Assembly: GCA_963815195.1 (NCBI GenBank)
Contig: CAWFGE010000018.1
Span: 224,001-288,000 of the forward strand
Origin: an uncultured Planctomycetaceae bacterium
GTDB taxonomy: Bacteria > Planctomycetota > Planctomycetia > Planctomycetales > Planctomycetaceae
Length of the DNA: 64,000 nt
Direction of reading: 5' to 3'
In this document: one piece after another, positions 18,462 through 30,163 of the stretch
Layout of the letters: the number at the start of each line of letters is the position of its first letter
Numbering within the stretch: position 1 is the stretch's first letter
Program-made: the position numbers and the translations under genes
The notes under the pieces: model-generated
Told to the model about the DNA's origin: nothing
The model's input: only the letters and a program-made list of their open reading frames with translations
Databases searched by the model: none

Positions 18462-19708
18462 ATGCGAACCTCTGGAATGGTTTTGAGTTTTTCCCTGCTG
18501 ACGGCAGCCTGTTTCTTTTTGAACCAGGGGCCCGATTTGAACGCCGATCCGGCCGAGTCTTCCGCCGCCGAGCGCCTGGAGCCGCTGGTCGATTTGCTGT
18601 TGGAAATTCCCGATCCCGCGGTGCAGATGGATGTGCTCAAGGGCATGCACCAGGCGATCAAAGGCCAGCGGGACTTGCCCATGCCCGCGAAGTGGCCCCA
18701 GGCGGCGAAGCAATTGGCCAAAAGCCCCAACAAGGAAGTCCGTCAACTGGCCCGGTCGCTGTCGCTGATTTTCGGCGACCCCCAGGCCATGCAGTCGCTG
18801 CGGGAACTCGTCATGAATGACAACGCTCCGCTCCAAGCCCGCAGAACCGCGATCGCGGATCTCGCCCAGGTGCGGGACAAAAAGCTGCTTCCGATTTTGC
18901 AGAAGCGAATCGCCGATCCCGAACTCTCCGACGCGGCGATTCGCGGACTGGCCGCCTACAATGCCCCGGACACGCCCGCTTTGCTCATCGAGCACTACGG
19001 TCAATTCGCGCCGACCCAGCGGCAGTCGGCACTTTTCACTTTGGTCTCCCGCCAATCGTATGCGAAGACGTTGTTGGACGCTGTCGAACGGAAACAGGTG
19101 CCCGCGCGGATCTCTCGACCTATCTCGTCCGGCAGATCGCGGCGTTCGAGAACAAGGACCTGGACGCCCAGCTTCGGAAGGTCTGGGGCGAATTTCGGCC
19201 CACGTCCGCGGACAAAGCCCAGAAAGCGGCCGCCATCAAATCCAAGCTGACCGAAGAAGCCCTCACCAAAGCCGACGCGGCGCAGGGGCGGTTCGTGTTC
19301 GAGAAGACCTGTGCCGGCTGCCATCAGTTGTTCGATGCGGGCCGGCTCGTCGGTCCGAACCTCACCGGCTCTCAGCGGAACAATCTCGATTATGTTTTGG
19401 AGAACGTGCTCGATCCGAGCGCGGTCGTGGGCCGGGATTATCGGCTGACGACGATCGCCACCGCGGACGGCCGGGTGTTGACGGGCATCGTCACCGAAGA
19501 AACCGCCGAGTCGCTGACGCTCAAAACACCCAAGGAGGATGTGCTCCTCGCGGTCAGCGAAATCGAAGCCCGCAAGCAGTCCCGCCTGTCGATGATGCCC
19601 GAAGGCTTATTCGACAAACTCAGCGACGAGGAGATCCGCAATCTGGTCGCGTACCTCGCTTCGCCGGTCCAAGTTCCGCTGCCAACCGGCGTGAGCGGGA
19701 GGGATTGA
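18462..19708 (+). CDS. HEAT-repeat / c-type cytochrome protein (planctomycete heme-binding type), frameshift near 19102
   Basis: Helical repeats, then GRFVFEKTCAGCH...VGPNLTG...NVLDPS...SMMPEGL. The two ORFs join (PRADLSTYLVRQI) if one C is added. Confidence 0.82.
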
Positions 19709-19723
19709 TAACCCCCGCAACCT

Positions 19724-19826
19724 CAAGGCCGGGGGCTAGCGCCCGGCCGCTCAGTTTTGCAATGTGAGCGGTACGGCGCTAGCCGCCGGCTTGTGTGCGG
19801 AACCGGGGGCTATCGCGCGGCGCTCA
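19724..19826. repeat. Cluster of short REP-like palindromes (CCGGGGGCTA.CGCC..CGCT type)
   Basis: Related copies at ~19729, ~19764 (inverted) and ~19801. Similar units at ~14268, ~38814, ~42408 and ~55948, all intergenic. Confidence 0.5.
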
Positions 19827-20612
19827 GATCGTCATGCCCGTAAAGCCGCCGTCCACGACGATGTTGGCTCCGGTCAAAAAGCTGCCGGCCTTGGGGGACG
19901 CCATCAAGAGAATCGCCCCGGCGAGTTCCGAGGGTTCGCCGAAGCGGTTCATGGGCGTGTGCCGCATGATGGATTCGATGCGGTCCGGCGTGAGGACTTT
20001 GCGGTTCTGCTCCGCGGGGAAAAAGCCGGGCGAGAGGGCGTTCACGCGAATCCCCTTGGTCGCCCATTCGCGGGCCAGGTTCTGCGTGAGGTTGATCACC
20101 GCCGCCTTGGTCGCGGCATAGGTGAAGACCCGCGAGAGCGCGGTAATTCCACTCAGCGAAGCAATGTTGATGATGGAGCCTTCCGTTTTTTTCTCGAGCA
20201 TATACCCGCCCAGGATCTGGCAGGCCAAGCGCACGCTGCGGAGATTGATGTTCAAAATCCGCTCCCACTCGTCATCGCTGATTTCCAGAAACGGCGTCGC
20301 GGAGTTGATGCCCGCTCCGTTGACCAGCACATGCAGCTCCCGCCCCGCCGATTTCAGATGATCGATCAAGCCGTTCAAATCGTCCCGGCTGGTGGCATCG
20401 GCCGCGAAGAACTCCGCGCTGCCCCCAGCGTGGGTGATCCGCTGGACCGCCACGTTTCCATGCTCGGCATTCCGCCCGACGACAACCACATGCGCCCCGG
20501 CAAAGCCCAAGGCTTCGGAAAAGGCTCCGCCCAACACGCCCGTCCCGCCGACGACCACCGCCGTCCGGCCGTCCAACCCAAACATCTCGGTCAAGTATTC
20601 CGCCGCGGACAT
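19824..20612 (-). CDS. SDR family oxidoreductase (sugar-acid dehydrogenase-like)
   Basis: GGTGVLG, NGAG, IINIAS, YAATK and VNALSPGFF. Confidence 0.9.
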   Translation of the reverse strand: MSAAEYLTEMFGLDGRTAVVVGGTGVLGGAFSEALGFAGAHVVVVGRNAEHGNVAVQRITHAGGSAEFFAADATSRDDLNGLIDHLKSAGRELHVLVNGAGINSATPFLEISDDEWERILNINLRSVRLACQILGGYMLEKKTEGSIINIASLSGITALSRVFTYAATKAAVINLTQNLAREWATKGIRVNALSPGFFPAEQNRKVLTPDRIESIMRHTPMNRFGEPSELAGAILLMASPKAGSFLTGANIVVDGGFTGMTI

Positions 20613-20654
20613 GGCTCTTCGTTCCCGGTTTGAAGAAATTGTCGTTTATAAAAT

Positions 20655-20830
20655 CTCAAACTGTAAGGTGGGGGTCAGGGTGGCTGGGGCGCAAAGGAAT
20701 GCATCAAGCGAAAGACGCGTTCCGAAAACTGGGGCCGCGGGAGTTATTTCTCTCGCGTCCATCGCCCCAGGATTCATTTGCCTCACTTTATTGATAGAGG
20801 AATCTGTGCCCCAGCCACCCAACCCGTTTG
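20655..20830. repeat. ~143-bp REPIN/MITE-like element
   Basis: Terminal inverted repeats GGGTGGCTGGGGCGCA / TGTGCCCCAGCCACCC (20678-20820) with internal CTGGGGC...GCCCCAG stem. Reverse-complement homolog of the copies at 42121-42619. Confidence 0.8.
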
Positions 20831-20942
20831 AAAAAATTGTCAATTACAAAATCATCAGCGCAGAATCATGGGAAGCCTCAGTGTCCCTCTCGATGAGGAA
20901 CGCCAAACAGGATTCTGTTGCCAGTCATCAATCCTGCCGGAA

Positions 20943-21789
20943 TCAGCCGATGAACTCAATGCTGACGGGGTGCGGAATGATGCCTGCCTTGTGGCCGCGC
21001 TCGAGCAGCGTGGCGACGGCTTCGCGGCCGCGCTCGCCGAAGTCGAGCGTCCAATCGTTGACGTACATGCCCACAAATGTGTCAGCCTTGGAGCGGTCCA
21101 AATCCCGCCCATATTGGAGGGCATAGTCCAAAGCTTCGTCGCGGTGATCCAAGCCGTACCTGATGCTCTCCTTCAAGAGCCGGGTCACATCTTCCATCGC
21201 TTCCGCGCCTAAATCTTTACGAATGGCGTTCGCCCCCAAAGGCAAAGGCAATCCGGTTTCATCGTACCACCATTGCCCCATATCGACGATCAGCTTCAAT
21301 CCCTGATCGCCAAACGTCAATTGTCCTTCGTGGATGATCAGCCCCGCATCGGCTTTGCCCGCTTCGACCAGGTTCAGAATCTCGTCAAACGGATGCACTT
21401 CAGGAGTGAAATCGTCGCCCAACAGCAGCTTGAGCGTCAAAAAGGCCGTGGTGTAGGTTCCGGGAACGGCGATGGTTTTGCCGCGGAGATCGTCGATGCT
21501 CATCGGTTCGCGGGCCACGACCATCGGGCCGTATTTCTCGCCCATGCTGGCCCCGCAGGCACACAGGGCGTAAGTCTCCGTGAGATACGCATAGCCATGC
21601 AAACTCACCGCGGTGAGTTCCAGTTCCCCCTTGAACGCCCGCCGATTGAGCGTCTCGATGTCCTGGAGCGTGTGCGTGAATTTCATAGTTCCCCGTGTCG
21701 ATTTTGTTATTCGCGAGGGCGTGGAACATGAAGGCATCATCGGGGTCGGGGCTGTGTCCCACGTGGATTTGCGTTTTGGTCTCGAGCAT
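20943..21789 (-). CDS. mqnD: 1,4-dihydroxy-6-naphthoate synthase (futalosine pathway), frameshift near 21682
   Basis: HSPDPDDAFMF, DIETLN, YGPMVV, GLIIHEGQLT, LPLPLG and FVGMYVN. Confidence 0.88.
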
Positions 21790-22009
21790 CGTCTGAAGTT
21801 CCATCAACAAAGAGAGAAAAGTCCCGCCAAGAAGGCCGGGCCATCACCTTAGCGGTGAATACGCCCGCCCGCAACCGTATCGTCGGGCAGCGGCCCATCT
21901 TGCCCGATTGGAGGCGGATTCACTACGATAACCGAATCGGGCGATGCGCTGGGCACACACTTTAACCGATGGTCTGAGACATCCTTAACTCCCTGATCCT
22001 CTTCCCTCG

Positions 22010-23937
22010 ATGATTTTGCTGACGGTTCGCGATCTTTCGCGGCAATTTGATGTGGACCCCGTGTTTCGCGATGTCACGTTCGACGTCCGCGCGGGGAAAA
22101 GATTGGATTGGTCGGCCCCAATGGGACGGGGAAGACGACGCTGCTGCGAATTCTCGCCGGCCTGGATGAGCCGGACACCGGGCAGATCGAGATCCCCGCC
22201 GGGGCCGCGGTGTCGCTGCTCGAGCAGGATGCCCGCTTCGCCCCGGACCGCACGCTGATCGAAGAAGCCAAGGCCGGCCTCGCTCATTTGTATGCCCTTC
22301 AGCACCAGGCTCTGGAACTCGCCGAGCAGATGGCCAAGATGGCCGACGACGACAAGGAACTCGCCCGGCTCCACAAGCGCTACGACGATTTGCAACACGA
22401 ACTGGAAAAGCACGATGCCTACCACATCGATCACCGGGTCGATGAAGTGCTCACCGGGCTGGGTTTTTCCGCCGAGGAATACGACCGGCCCCTTCTCCAA
22501 TTCAGCGGCGGCCAGCAGAACCGCGTGCTCCTGGCCCGGCTCTTATTGCGCGAGCCCGAAGTGATGCTCCTGGACGAACCCACGAATCACCTCGACATCG
22601 CCGCGACGGAATGGCTCGAATCCTGGTTGTCCAAGAGCGAGCAGGCGGTGATCCTCGTGAGCCACGACCGCTATTTTCTCGACCGGGTGACGACGCGGAT
22701 TCTGGAGATGCATCAATCGCGGGTGACCGATTTCAAGGGCAATTTCTCCGCCTACTGGCAGCAGCGCGAGGAACGCGCGAAGGTCTTGGAGCGGACCTAC
22801 GAGAAGCAGCAGGAGTTCATCGCCAAGACGGAAGATTTCATCCGCCGGAACAAATACGGCCAGAAGCACGCCCAGGCCGCCGACCGCGAAAAAAAGCTGG
22901 ACCGGCTGGATCGCGTCGAGCAGCTTCAGGATTTCCAGCAGTTTTCGATGGGCTTTTCCGAACCCGACCGCACCGGCGATTGGGTGATCGATGCGGCGGG
23001 CGTCGCCAAGGGCTTTGGCGGGGAACCGTTGTTTCGCGATTTCACGTTGCGGATCGAGCGCGGCGACCGGGTGGGCATTCTGGGACCCAACGGCAGCGGG
23101 AAGACGACGCTGCTTCGCACTTTGATCGGCGAACTGCCGCCGGACGCCGGCAGCGTGCGGTTGGGCACGAACGTCAAAATCGCCTATTACGACCAGCAGT
23201 TGGGCAGCGTCGATCCGAGCCTCGACGCCGTGGAAGCGATCCGACCGCCGGGCAATCCCGACATCACGCCGGGCACGCTCCGCAGCATCTTGGCCCGGTT
23301 CGGGATTCGGGGCGACCAGGCGTTTCAAACCGTGGGCTCGATGAGCGGCGGCGAGCGGAGCAAAGTCGCCCTCGCCCGCATCGCGGCGATGGATGTCAAC
23401 GTGTTGATCCTCGATGAACCGACAAACCACCTCGATTTGTGGGCCCGGGCTTCCTTGGAGGAGACGCTAAAAACCTATGGCGGGACGCTGCTCTTCGTCA
23501 GCCACGACCGCTATTTTCTGGACCGAGTGGCGACGAGCGTGATTGTCCTGGAAGGCGGGAACTGGAAGTTTCACGAGGGCAATTATTCCGATTATGTGCG
23601 TTTCAAAAAGAACCGCGCCGCGGAAATCACCGCCGCGGCTCCCCCGCCCCAACAGACAAAGCCCGCCGCTTCTAAACCCGAACCTTACAAATCCGACGGC
23701 GGAAAGAAAAAAGACGCGAAGCGAAAACGCAAGTTCCCCTACCGCAAGGTGGCCGACCTGGAAGCGGAGATCGCGGACTACGAAGACCTTATGGAACGCC
23801 TGCAAACGGACCTCGCGGATCCCGAAATCCTCCGCGACGGCGACCGCGTGAAAGAAACGATGGAAGCCTTCGAAGACGCCCAAGAGCACCTCGAGGAACT
23901 CTACGAGCATTGGGAAGAAGCCGTGGAGTTAAACTGA
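22010..23937 (+). CDS. ABC-F family ATP-binding protein (Uup/YheS-like), frameshift near 22093
   Basis: Two ABC domains (GPNGTGKT/FSGGQ/LLDEPTNHLD; GPNGSGKT/MSGGE/ILDEPTNHLD), no TM segments, C-terminal coiled coil. N-terminus is in ORF 22010. Confidence 0.9.
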
Positions 23938-24033
23938 AATCCCAATAACCAAGCCCCAATGCAGAGGCCGTTGAGCGGTCGTCGAAGTGTGTGCTTGATC
24001 GGCCCAATACCAACCGCAAAAAGGAATGGTTTC

Positions 24034-24819
24034 ATGCCGCGAGATTTGTTTTCGGTGAAAGACCGCGTGACGTTGGTGTCCGGCGGCAGCCGGGGGATCG
24101 GACAGGCGATTGCCCAAGGCTTTGCAGACCGCGGGGCTAAGGTGATCATCACCGGCCGCGAAGCCGAGACGCTCAAGCAAGCGGTGACCGCGATGTCTTC
24201 GCCGGAAAACAAGGTTCTATTTGAAGTCGGCGATGTGTCCGACGTGGACGCCATTCGCCGCGTGGTTGCGAAGGTTCATAAGGACCACGGCCGGATCGAC
24301 ACGCTGATCAACGTTGCCGGCGTCAACCGCCGCAAGCGCATGGAAGAAGTCACCGTCGAGGATTACGATTTCATTTTGGACATCAACCTCAAAGGGGCGT
24401 TTGTGATGTCTCAGGAAGTCGGCCGATTGATGATCGAACAAAACGCCGGGAACCAGATCAACATCGCCTCCTTGAACAACTACGCCCCGCTCACCGGCGT
24501 GTCGCCTTATGCCATCAGCAAAGGCGGCCTGTTGATGATGACCCGCTCGCTAGCCTTGGAATGGGGCAAGCACGGCGTCCGCGTGAACGGGCTCGCGCCG
24601 GGGTTCATCCTCACCGACCTGACCCAGAAACTCTGGTCCGATCCCACGATGCAGGACTGGGCCAAGACCAACACCCCTTTGGGCCGATTGGGAGAAGTCG
24701 AGGATCTCGTGGGCACTGCGGTGTTCCTGGCGTCCGACGCCTCCGCCTTTATGACCGGCCAGACCCTGTTCGTGGACGGCGGCATGTCGGCCGGCTTCAA
24801 CTGGCCGATCCCTTTGTGA
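24034..24819 (+). CDS. SDR family oxidoreductase (gluconate 5-dehydrogenase/KduD-like)
   Basis: SGGSRGIG, NVAG, YAISK and VNGLAPGFILT. Confidence 0.9.
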   Translation: MPRDLFSVKDRVTLVSGGSRGIGQAIAQGFADRGAKVIITGREAETLKQAVTAMSSPENKVLFEVGDVSDVDAIRRVVAKVHKDHGRIDTLINVAGVNRRKRMEEVTVEDYDFILDINLKGAFVMSQEVGRLMIEQNAGNQINIASLNNYAPLTGVSPYAISKGGLLMMTRSLALEWGKHGVRVNGLAPGFILTDLTQKLWSDPTMQDWAKTNTPLGRLGEVEDLVGTAVFLASDASAFMTGQTLFVDGGMSAGFNWPIPL

Positions 24820-24871
24820 CTCGCTTCTTTTTCCGCGAAGCTCACCTGTGCAATAAGCGCTGGTTTTGCGT

Positions 24872-25771
24872 TCAAGGCGAGGATCGATCATCCATCAAAT
24901 ACGCGATGAGCCGGTTGGCTTCTTGGAAGTCGGGGACGACGATGTTGGCCCCGGCACCGATCAGGCGGGCGCGTTTCCAGGCGTCGGGGCGGCCGCTCTT
25001 ATGGGCTTCGTCGCTGGCGACGGCGACCGCGGTGCCGCCGGCGTCGCGGATGTTTTGAATCTCCACATAGCCGTCGCCAAAGCCTGCCAACTGCGACCCC
25101 TCCACCTGGTTTTCCGCCAAAATCCGCTCGATGACCTGGGCCTTGGAAAACGACCGGAAATCATCGAGCGCCCCGTAGATCCGGGGGCCGAAATACCGGT
25201 CCAGGCCGAGCAGACGGGCTTCCTCTTTGACGTAGTTTTCATCGGTGCCGCTGGCGAGATACAAGGTCAACCCGCGGGACCGGAGCGCGTCGAGAAACTC
25301 GAAGCTGCCGGGGACGAGCAGGTCTTCGGGCGAGAGGCTCCCGCGTCGCAGGGCTTCGCGGCGGCTTTCGATCCGCTGCATCAGGCGGGCGTGGTATTCC
25401 TGCTTGTAGGCCAGCGGATCGAGCGGCGTTCCGCCCCGCGTGCCGATTTCCTCGGCCAGGCGGATCATCTGGTAGATCGTCTGCTTGCCGTTGAGTTCCA
25501 TCACGAATCGCGAAACGATGTGGCCGAGCTCTTCGGGGGATTCCGCAGTGCCGGTGTCCGCGAGACACTCGACCATCATGGGAATCATCACCTCGGGCCA
25601 GCCTTCGCGGATCAGGCTCAGGGTCCCGTCAAAATCGAACAGGGCGTGCCGGGGCGAAGCGGCGGGGGCGAAACCGCCGATCAGTTCGATTCGGCTGTTG
25701 GGAAGAAACCGCGTGGCCACGGTTTGGACATCCACGACTTCGCGAAAGTTGTCTTCGTGCGGCTGGGGCAT
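24872..25771 (-). CDS. HAD family hydrolase
   Basis: Motif I DFDGT, motif II LASGT, conserved K, motif IV GFGDGYVE. Confidence 0.88.
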   Translation of the reverse strand: MPQPHEDNFREVVDVQTVATRFLPNSRIELIGGFAPAASPRHALFDFDGTLSLIREGWPEVMIPMMVECLADTGTAESPEELGHIVSRFVMELNGKQTIYQMIRLAEEIGTRGGTPLDPLAYKQEYHARLMQRIESRREALRRGSLSPEDLLVPGSFEFLDALRSRGLTLYLASGTDENYVKEEARLLGLDRYFGPRIYGALDDFRSFSKAQVIERILAENQVEGSQLAGFGDGYVEIQNIRDAGGTAVAVASDEAHKSGRPDAWKRARLIGAGANIVVPDFQEANRLIAYLMDDRSSP

Positions 25772-25999
25772 GCCTGGGGGATCTTTTCTTTCGGAGGCAA
25801 AGCTTCGGTTCTTGGCGGTGCGTCTGGTTTTCGTCCGCCCAGGAACATCGTCCTCGTTCCCGCGCGGTTTGTCAAAGATGACCCTGGGGAACGGGTGAAA
25901 GCCGATTGTTCCTGCGTTGCCCGGCGGGGTGGGGTTTTCTAAACTCGCGCGGGTGCCACGCCCTGAAAGGTCGTCTGGCGGACAATAGGTTACCGCCGG

Positions 26000-28900
26000 T
26001 TATTTCCAGTTCACCGGGATGGGTTCGGTCTTGGACGTGGGCCAAAGCCGGACGGTCTGTCCCTGTTCATCATAGGCGGCACTGGCCAGCAAGCGGCCGT
26101 CGGGTGAGAAGGCCAGCGACCAGACCAAAGCGACTTTGTTTTTGCTGCCTGGCGTATGGCCGGCGTATTCCAAAATCTTTCGGCGCGACGCCAGATCCCA
26201 CAGGCTCACACGTCCCGTGGACTTCCCGAGGGCGATGCGAGTTCCATCCGGACTGAGGGTCATCGAAAGCACGGTTTCAGGTGTACCCAGCCGCAACACA
26301 AACTCCTTTCGTTCCTTCACATCGAAGAACAGGACCTGGCCGGCTTCATTTGTCGCAGCCAAAACCTGGCGGCCGTCGGGGGTGAATTGGACGGCATTGA
26401 TTCGCCCCTGGTGTCTGCCGAGGACAGCGACCTGGCTTCCGCTGGCCGTCTCCCACAAAACCACTTCGCCTTCGTTCGATTGCACCCAGTCCCCCGAACT
26501 GGTGACGAATTGCGTCCCGTCCGGCGAAAAGGCGACCGCCTGCAATTGGTCGCTTTGCTCCGGGGTTTCTGATTTGACGGCACCGCTTTCGATGTTCCAG
26601 AGGCGGGCCTTCTTGTCATCGCCGACGGCGGCCAGGAGTTTTCCGTCGGGAGAAAAGGCTAAGGCTCTCACATAGTCGTCCGTGGGGATTTCCTTAAACA
26701 ACCTTCCGGAGGGGATTTCGCAGATTCGGATGGATTTTTTGGGTTGGCTGGCCGCGAGATATTTGCCGTCCGGGGACAACGCGCCGGCGCGAATGTGTCC
26801 ATTTTGCGCCTGAAACTCGCGCACCCGATCTCCGGTTTCGACACTCCAGACGCGACACAACCCCGAGAACTTGTCGGTCGCCACCAGGAATTGCCCGTCG
26901 GACGTGAATCCCGCAAAGGACGCGGAGGCCCCGGGTCCCCCCGTCATGCGATGGGCGATTTCTTTGAGCGGCGCGGCGACGGGAGCCCATTGCTTTGTCG
27001 TCTTATCGTAGCTGACGCTGACCAGCGAGTTGGAATTCGGAACGAAGGCCAAACCGCTGACGATGTCGGAATGCCGGCGCAGGATCTGCCGCCGCGTTCC
27101 GCTTTCGCTGTCCCAAATGAAGATTTCTCCTTGCATCCCGCCGGTGGCCAACGTCTGGCCCGTTGGGGAAAACGCCAGAGACCAGATCATCTTTTCGTGC
27201 CCCCCCAGCACAGAGCGCACGTTGCCGGTCTCGAGATCCCACAGGCGAACGGTGGCATCTTCGCTGGCGGTGGCGAGCCGGTTGGCTTTCGGTTGAAACG
27301 CGACCGCCCGGATTGCGCTCGTATGTCCCTTGAGCGTGAATTTTTCTTCGCCCGTTTTTGCATCCCAGATCTTCGCCGTGTGGTCGCTGCTGCCGGTGGC
27401 CAGCAGCGTTCCATCGCCGGAAAAAGCCACGGCCCGCACCGACGCGGTATGCCCCTTCAGTTCGCGTAATAGATTCCCTTTGGCCACGTTCCAGAGGCGG
27501 ACGGTTTTGTCGTATCCGGCGGAGGCCAACGTCTTGCCGTCGGGAGAGAAGGCCACCGACATCACCCAATTGCTATGGCCTTTGAACGTGTGCGTTTCCT
27601 TCCCGGTCGCCACGTCCCAGGTCTTCACGTCATGATCGTAGCTGCCGGTCGCCAGCGTCGTCCCGTCCGCGGAAAACGCAACCGACGACACGAGGTCGTT
27701 ATGCCCGGAGATCTGACGCACAACGCTCGTTGTGGCGAGATCCCGAATCAAAACCGTGCGGTCTCCCTGGGCGGTGGCAATCAGCCGGCCATTCGGAGAC
27801 GATGCGACGGCGGTCACAATGTTCGGTTCCTGATCCGGGCCAAGGCCCATCTCCAGGCGGTCGCGCACTTTCCAGTTCGAGGCGTCCCAGAGGCGGATGA
27901 TCGCATCCTGACCGCCGGTGGCCAACGTTTTTCCGTCCGGGGAAAAGCGAACGCTCATCACGTCGCCCTGCGCTTCTTCCAAGAGGGCCACTCGTTGGCC
28001 GGTCTCGACGTTCCAAACCGTCGCCTTGTCGTCGTAGCTCCCCGTGGCGAGCAACTTGCCGTCCGGTGAATAATCCACCCACTCCAAGGGCCAATTGCTG
28101 CGGGTCAGCACTTTGATCGACTTTCCGGTCTCGGCGTTCCACAACCGGGTTGCCCCATCGTGGCCTGCTGTGGCCACTTGTTTTCCATCTCGGGAGACGG
28201 CGATGCCTAACACGGCGTCCGGCATGCCTTCCATCTTGGCCACTCGCTCGCCGGTGGCGATATTCCAGACGCCCGCAAACCCGAATTTTTTGTCCTCCCA
28301 GGGACCGCCGCCGGCGGCCACGTGCTTGCCGTCGGGAAAGAAGGCCACGGATTGCAGATTAAAATCCAACTTGGCCAATTCTTTGGCTGGCGCAAGCATG
28401 GGCTGCTTGCCTTCAATGATCTGTCCGAGATCCCAAAGTTGCAGCAGGCCGTCCATCGAGGCCGTGGCCAGCAGGTTCCCGTCGGGAGAGAACCGCACCC
28501 GCGTGTGCCCGTTCTCGGTGGGAATCTGGGTGAGGACGTTTCCCGTCTCCACATCGTAAACGCGAATCATCTGATCGCGCAACCCGCAACCGGCGATCCG
28601 CTTGCCATCGGGGGAAATATGAACGCCGCAGAGGCCGTTCTTTTGGGGAATGATCGCGATGGGCCGCTTCCGCGAAACGTCCCAGACATTGAGGCTGCCG
28701 GGGGAGTTTGCGTTTCCGTAAGAGGCGACCAACCGCTTGCCATCGGCGGAGTAAGCCAAGGCGCGAATTTTTTCGCGTTGGCCGTCGAGGGAAATCGGCT
28801 CGGCTTCGAATTTGCCGGATTCGACCGTCTCCGGAAATCGGAGGTTCTTGTTGTCCCTCGGCTTGGGGCTGGGCTGCGTCTTCTTGGCGGCCCGCTGCGA

Positions 28901-30106
28901 ATTGGAATCGGGCGAATCGCCCGTCGCGAAGGTCGGGGCCAGGCAAAGACAGGGAACCGCCGCGGCAGCCAACGCGAGCAGCCCCCAGCGGCCGAGCTCC
29001 TGGCGGGGCGTTTCCACCATGATCGCCGTCAACCGCTTCGTGGCCGATTGCAAGTTGCCGATGCCGCTGGACGCCGGGGGCAAAGCCGGCCGGCGATCGG
29101 CCAGAAAATCCAACACCGCGATCAAAGCCCGCGCATAAATCGGGCGGAACTCCGGCGAATGGGAGATCACCCAACCATCGCAGCAATCCTCCTCGGCCGT
29201 CCGCATCTCCCGGCGAATCCACCACAGGCAGGGATGCCACCAATAGGCGATCGTCACCAGCATTTCCAGCACGCGCGTCCAATGATCCCAGCGGCGATAG
29301 TGGGCCAACTCGTGCAGCAACAACGTCTCCCGGGAAGGAGCGTCCAGTTGCTCCGCGAGTTTCGCGGGAAAGAGAATCGTCGGCCGCGGGAACCCCCACA
29401 GCATCGGCGAAATCACGCCGGGGAGCATCCGCACCGGCGGTGCTTTCCGCAAATGAAGGTGAGCCGCCAGTCGAGCGGCTTCGCGTTCCAACTCCGGCGA
29501 GGCGGGCAAGGCGTGCCGCAGAAGCCGCTTAAACCGACGGACCCGCGCCGCAATGATCGTCAAAATGACGCAAGACCCAAGCCACCACACGCAGAACAAA
29601 ACTCTGGGAAGGATCCACGCAAATTGTGACGGACCCTGAGCGGCGCCCGAAGCGGACGCCGTGCGTCTTTCCGAAAGGGTACTTGGAGCTCGCTGTTTCG
29701 TCTGCACAGAAGCAAGGAGTGCAGCGGACGACGCCGCTTCTCCGCCGAGCGCGGCCGCAGCGGGGGCAGGCTCTTCATGCACTTCACCCAGCCCGGAGGG
29801 AACGACCGCGGGGAAATCGGTTCGCAATTCCGGCGTGTTGGCCGCCTCGGTCTTGAGCGATACGCTGGAAGATGCCGGCACCGTTGCCGCGGGTGGGGAA
29901 ACCCGTTCGGGGGACGTTTCGCTCATCCAGCCTTTAGGCAAGGGAAGGTCGATCAGCGGCGGCGTGAGCAGCTTCACCAAGAGCAGCACCCAGAGGCCGT
30001 GGATGAGTGCGGGCCGACGATAGAGTCGGCTGAAGCAGCACACCAACAAGGCCAGAACGGCTACGGTCGCCGCATTGCTTGCGCCGATTTCAAGGAGCCG
30101 ATGCAT
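26000..30106 (-). CDS. BlaR1/MecR1 (peptidase M56) sensor fused to a long WD40 repeat array
   Basis: TM segments, LLHELAH zinc motif, WWHP...EDCCD. About 20 repeats of GH..V..VAFSPDG..LAT...D.TV.LWD. Confidence 0.9.
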   Translation of the reverse strand: MHRLLEIGASNAATVAVLALLVCCFSRLYRRPALIHGLWVLLLVKLLTPPLIDLPLPKGWMSETSPERVSPPAATVPASSSVSLKTEAANTPELRTDFPAVVPSGLGEVHEEPAPAAAALGGEAASSAALLASVQTKQRAPSTLSERRTASASGAAQGPSQFAWILPRVLFCVWWLGSCVILTIIAARVRRFKRLLRHALPASPELEREAARLAAHLHLRKAPPVRMLPGVISPMLWGFPRPTILFPAKLAEQLDAPSRETLLLHELAHYRRWDHWTRVLEMLVTIAYWWHPCLWWIRREMRTAEEDCCDGWVISHSPEFRPIYARALIAVLDFLADRRPALPPASSGIGNLQSATKRLTAIMVETPRQELGRWGLLALAAAAVPCLCLAPTFATGDSPDSNSQRAAKKTQPSPKPRDNKNLRFPETVESGKFEAEPISLDGQREKIRALAYSADGKRLVASYGNANSPGSLNVWDVSRKRPIAIIPQKNGLCGVHISPDGKRIAGCGLRDQMIRVYDVETGNVLTQIPTENGHTRVRFSPDGNLLATASMDGLLQLWDLGQIIEGKQPMLAPAKELAKLDFNLQSVAFFPDGKHVAAGGGPWEDKKFGFAGVWNIATGERVAKMEGMPDAVLGIAVSRDGKQVATAGHDGATRLWNAETGKSIKVLTRSNWPLEWVDYSPDGKLLATGSYDDKATVWNVETGQRVALLEEAQGDVMSVRFSPDGKTLATGGQDAIIRLWDASNWKVRDRLEMGLGPDQEPNIVTAVASSPNGRLIATAQGDRTVLIRDLATTSVVRQISGHNDLVSSVAFSADGTTLATGSYDHDVKTWDVATGKETHTFKGHSNWVMSVAFSPDGKTLASAGYDKTVRLWNVAKGNLLRELKGHTASVRAVAFSGDGTLLATGSSDHTAKIWDAKTGEEKFTLKGHTSAIRAVAFQPKANRLATASEDATVRLWDLETGNVRSVLGGHEKMIWSLAFSPTGQTLATGGMQGEIFIWDSESGTRRQILRRHSDIVSGLAFVPNSNSLVSVSYDKTTKQWAPVAAPLKEIAHRMTGGPGASASFAGFTSDGQFLVATDKFSGLCRVWSVETGDRVREFQAQNGHIRAGALSPDGKYLAASQPKKSIRICEIPSGRLFKEIPTDDYVRALAFSPDGKLLAAVGDDKKARLWNIESGAVKSETPEQSDQLQAVAFSPDGTQFVTSSGDWVQSNEGEVVLWETASGSQVAVLGRHQGRINAVQFTPDGRQVLAATNEAGQVLFFDVKERKEFVLRLGTPETVLSMTLSPDGTRIALGKSTGRVSLWDLASRRKILEYAGHTPGSKNKVALVWSLAFSPDGRLLASAAYDEQGQTVRLWPTSKTEPIPVNWK

Positions 30107-30163
30107 CGATTCGCCTTTCGTGGTCGGTGATTCGTTGTGATGGAACGCTAAAGGTTCTCCAAT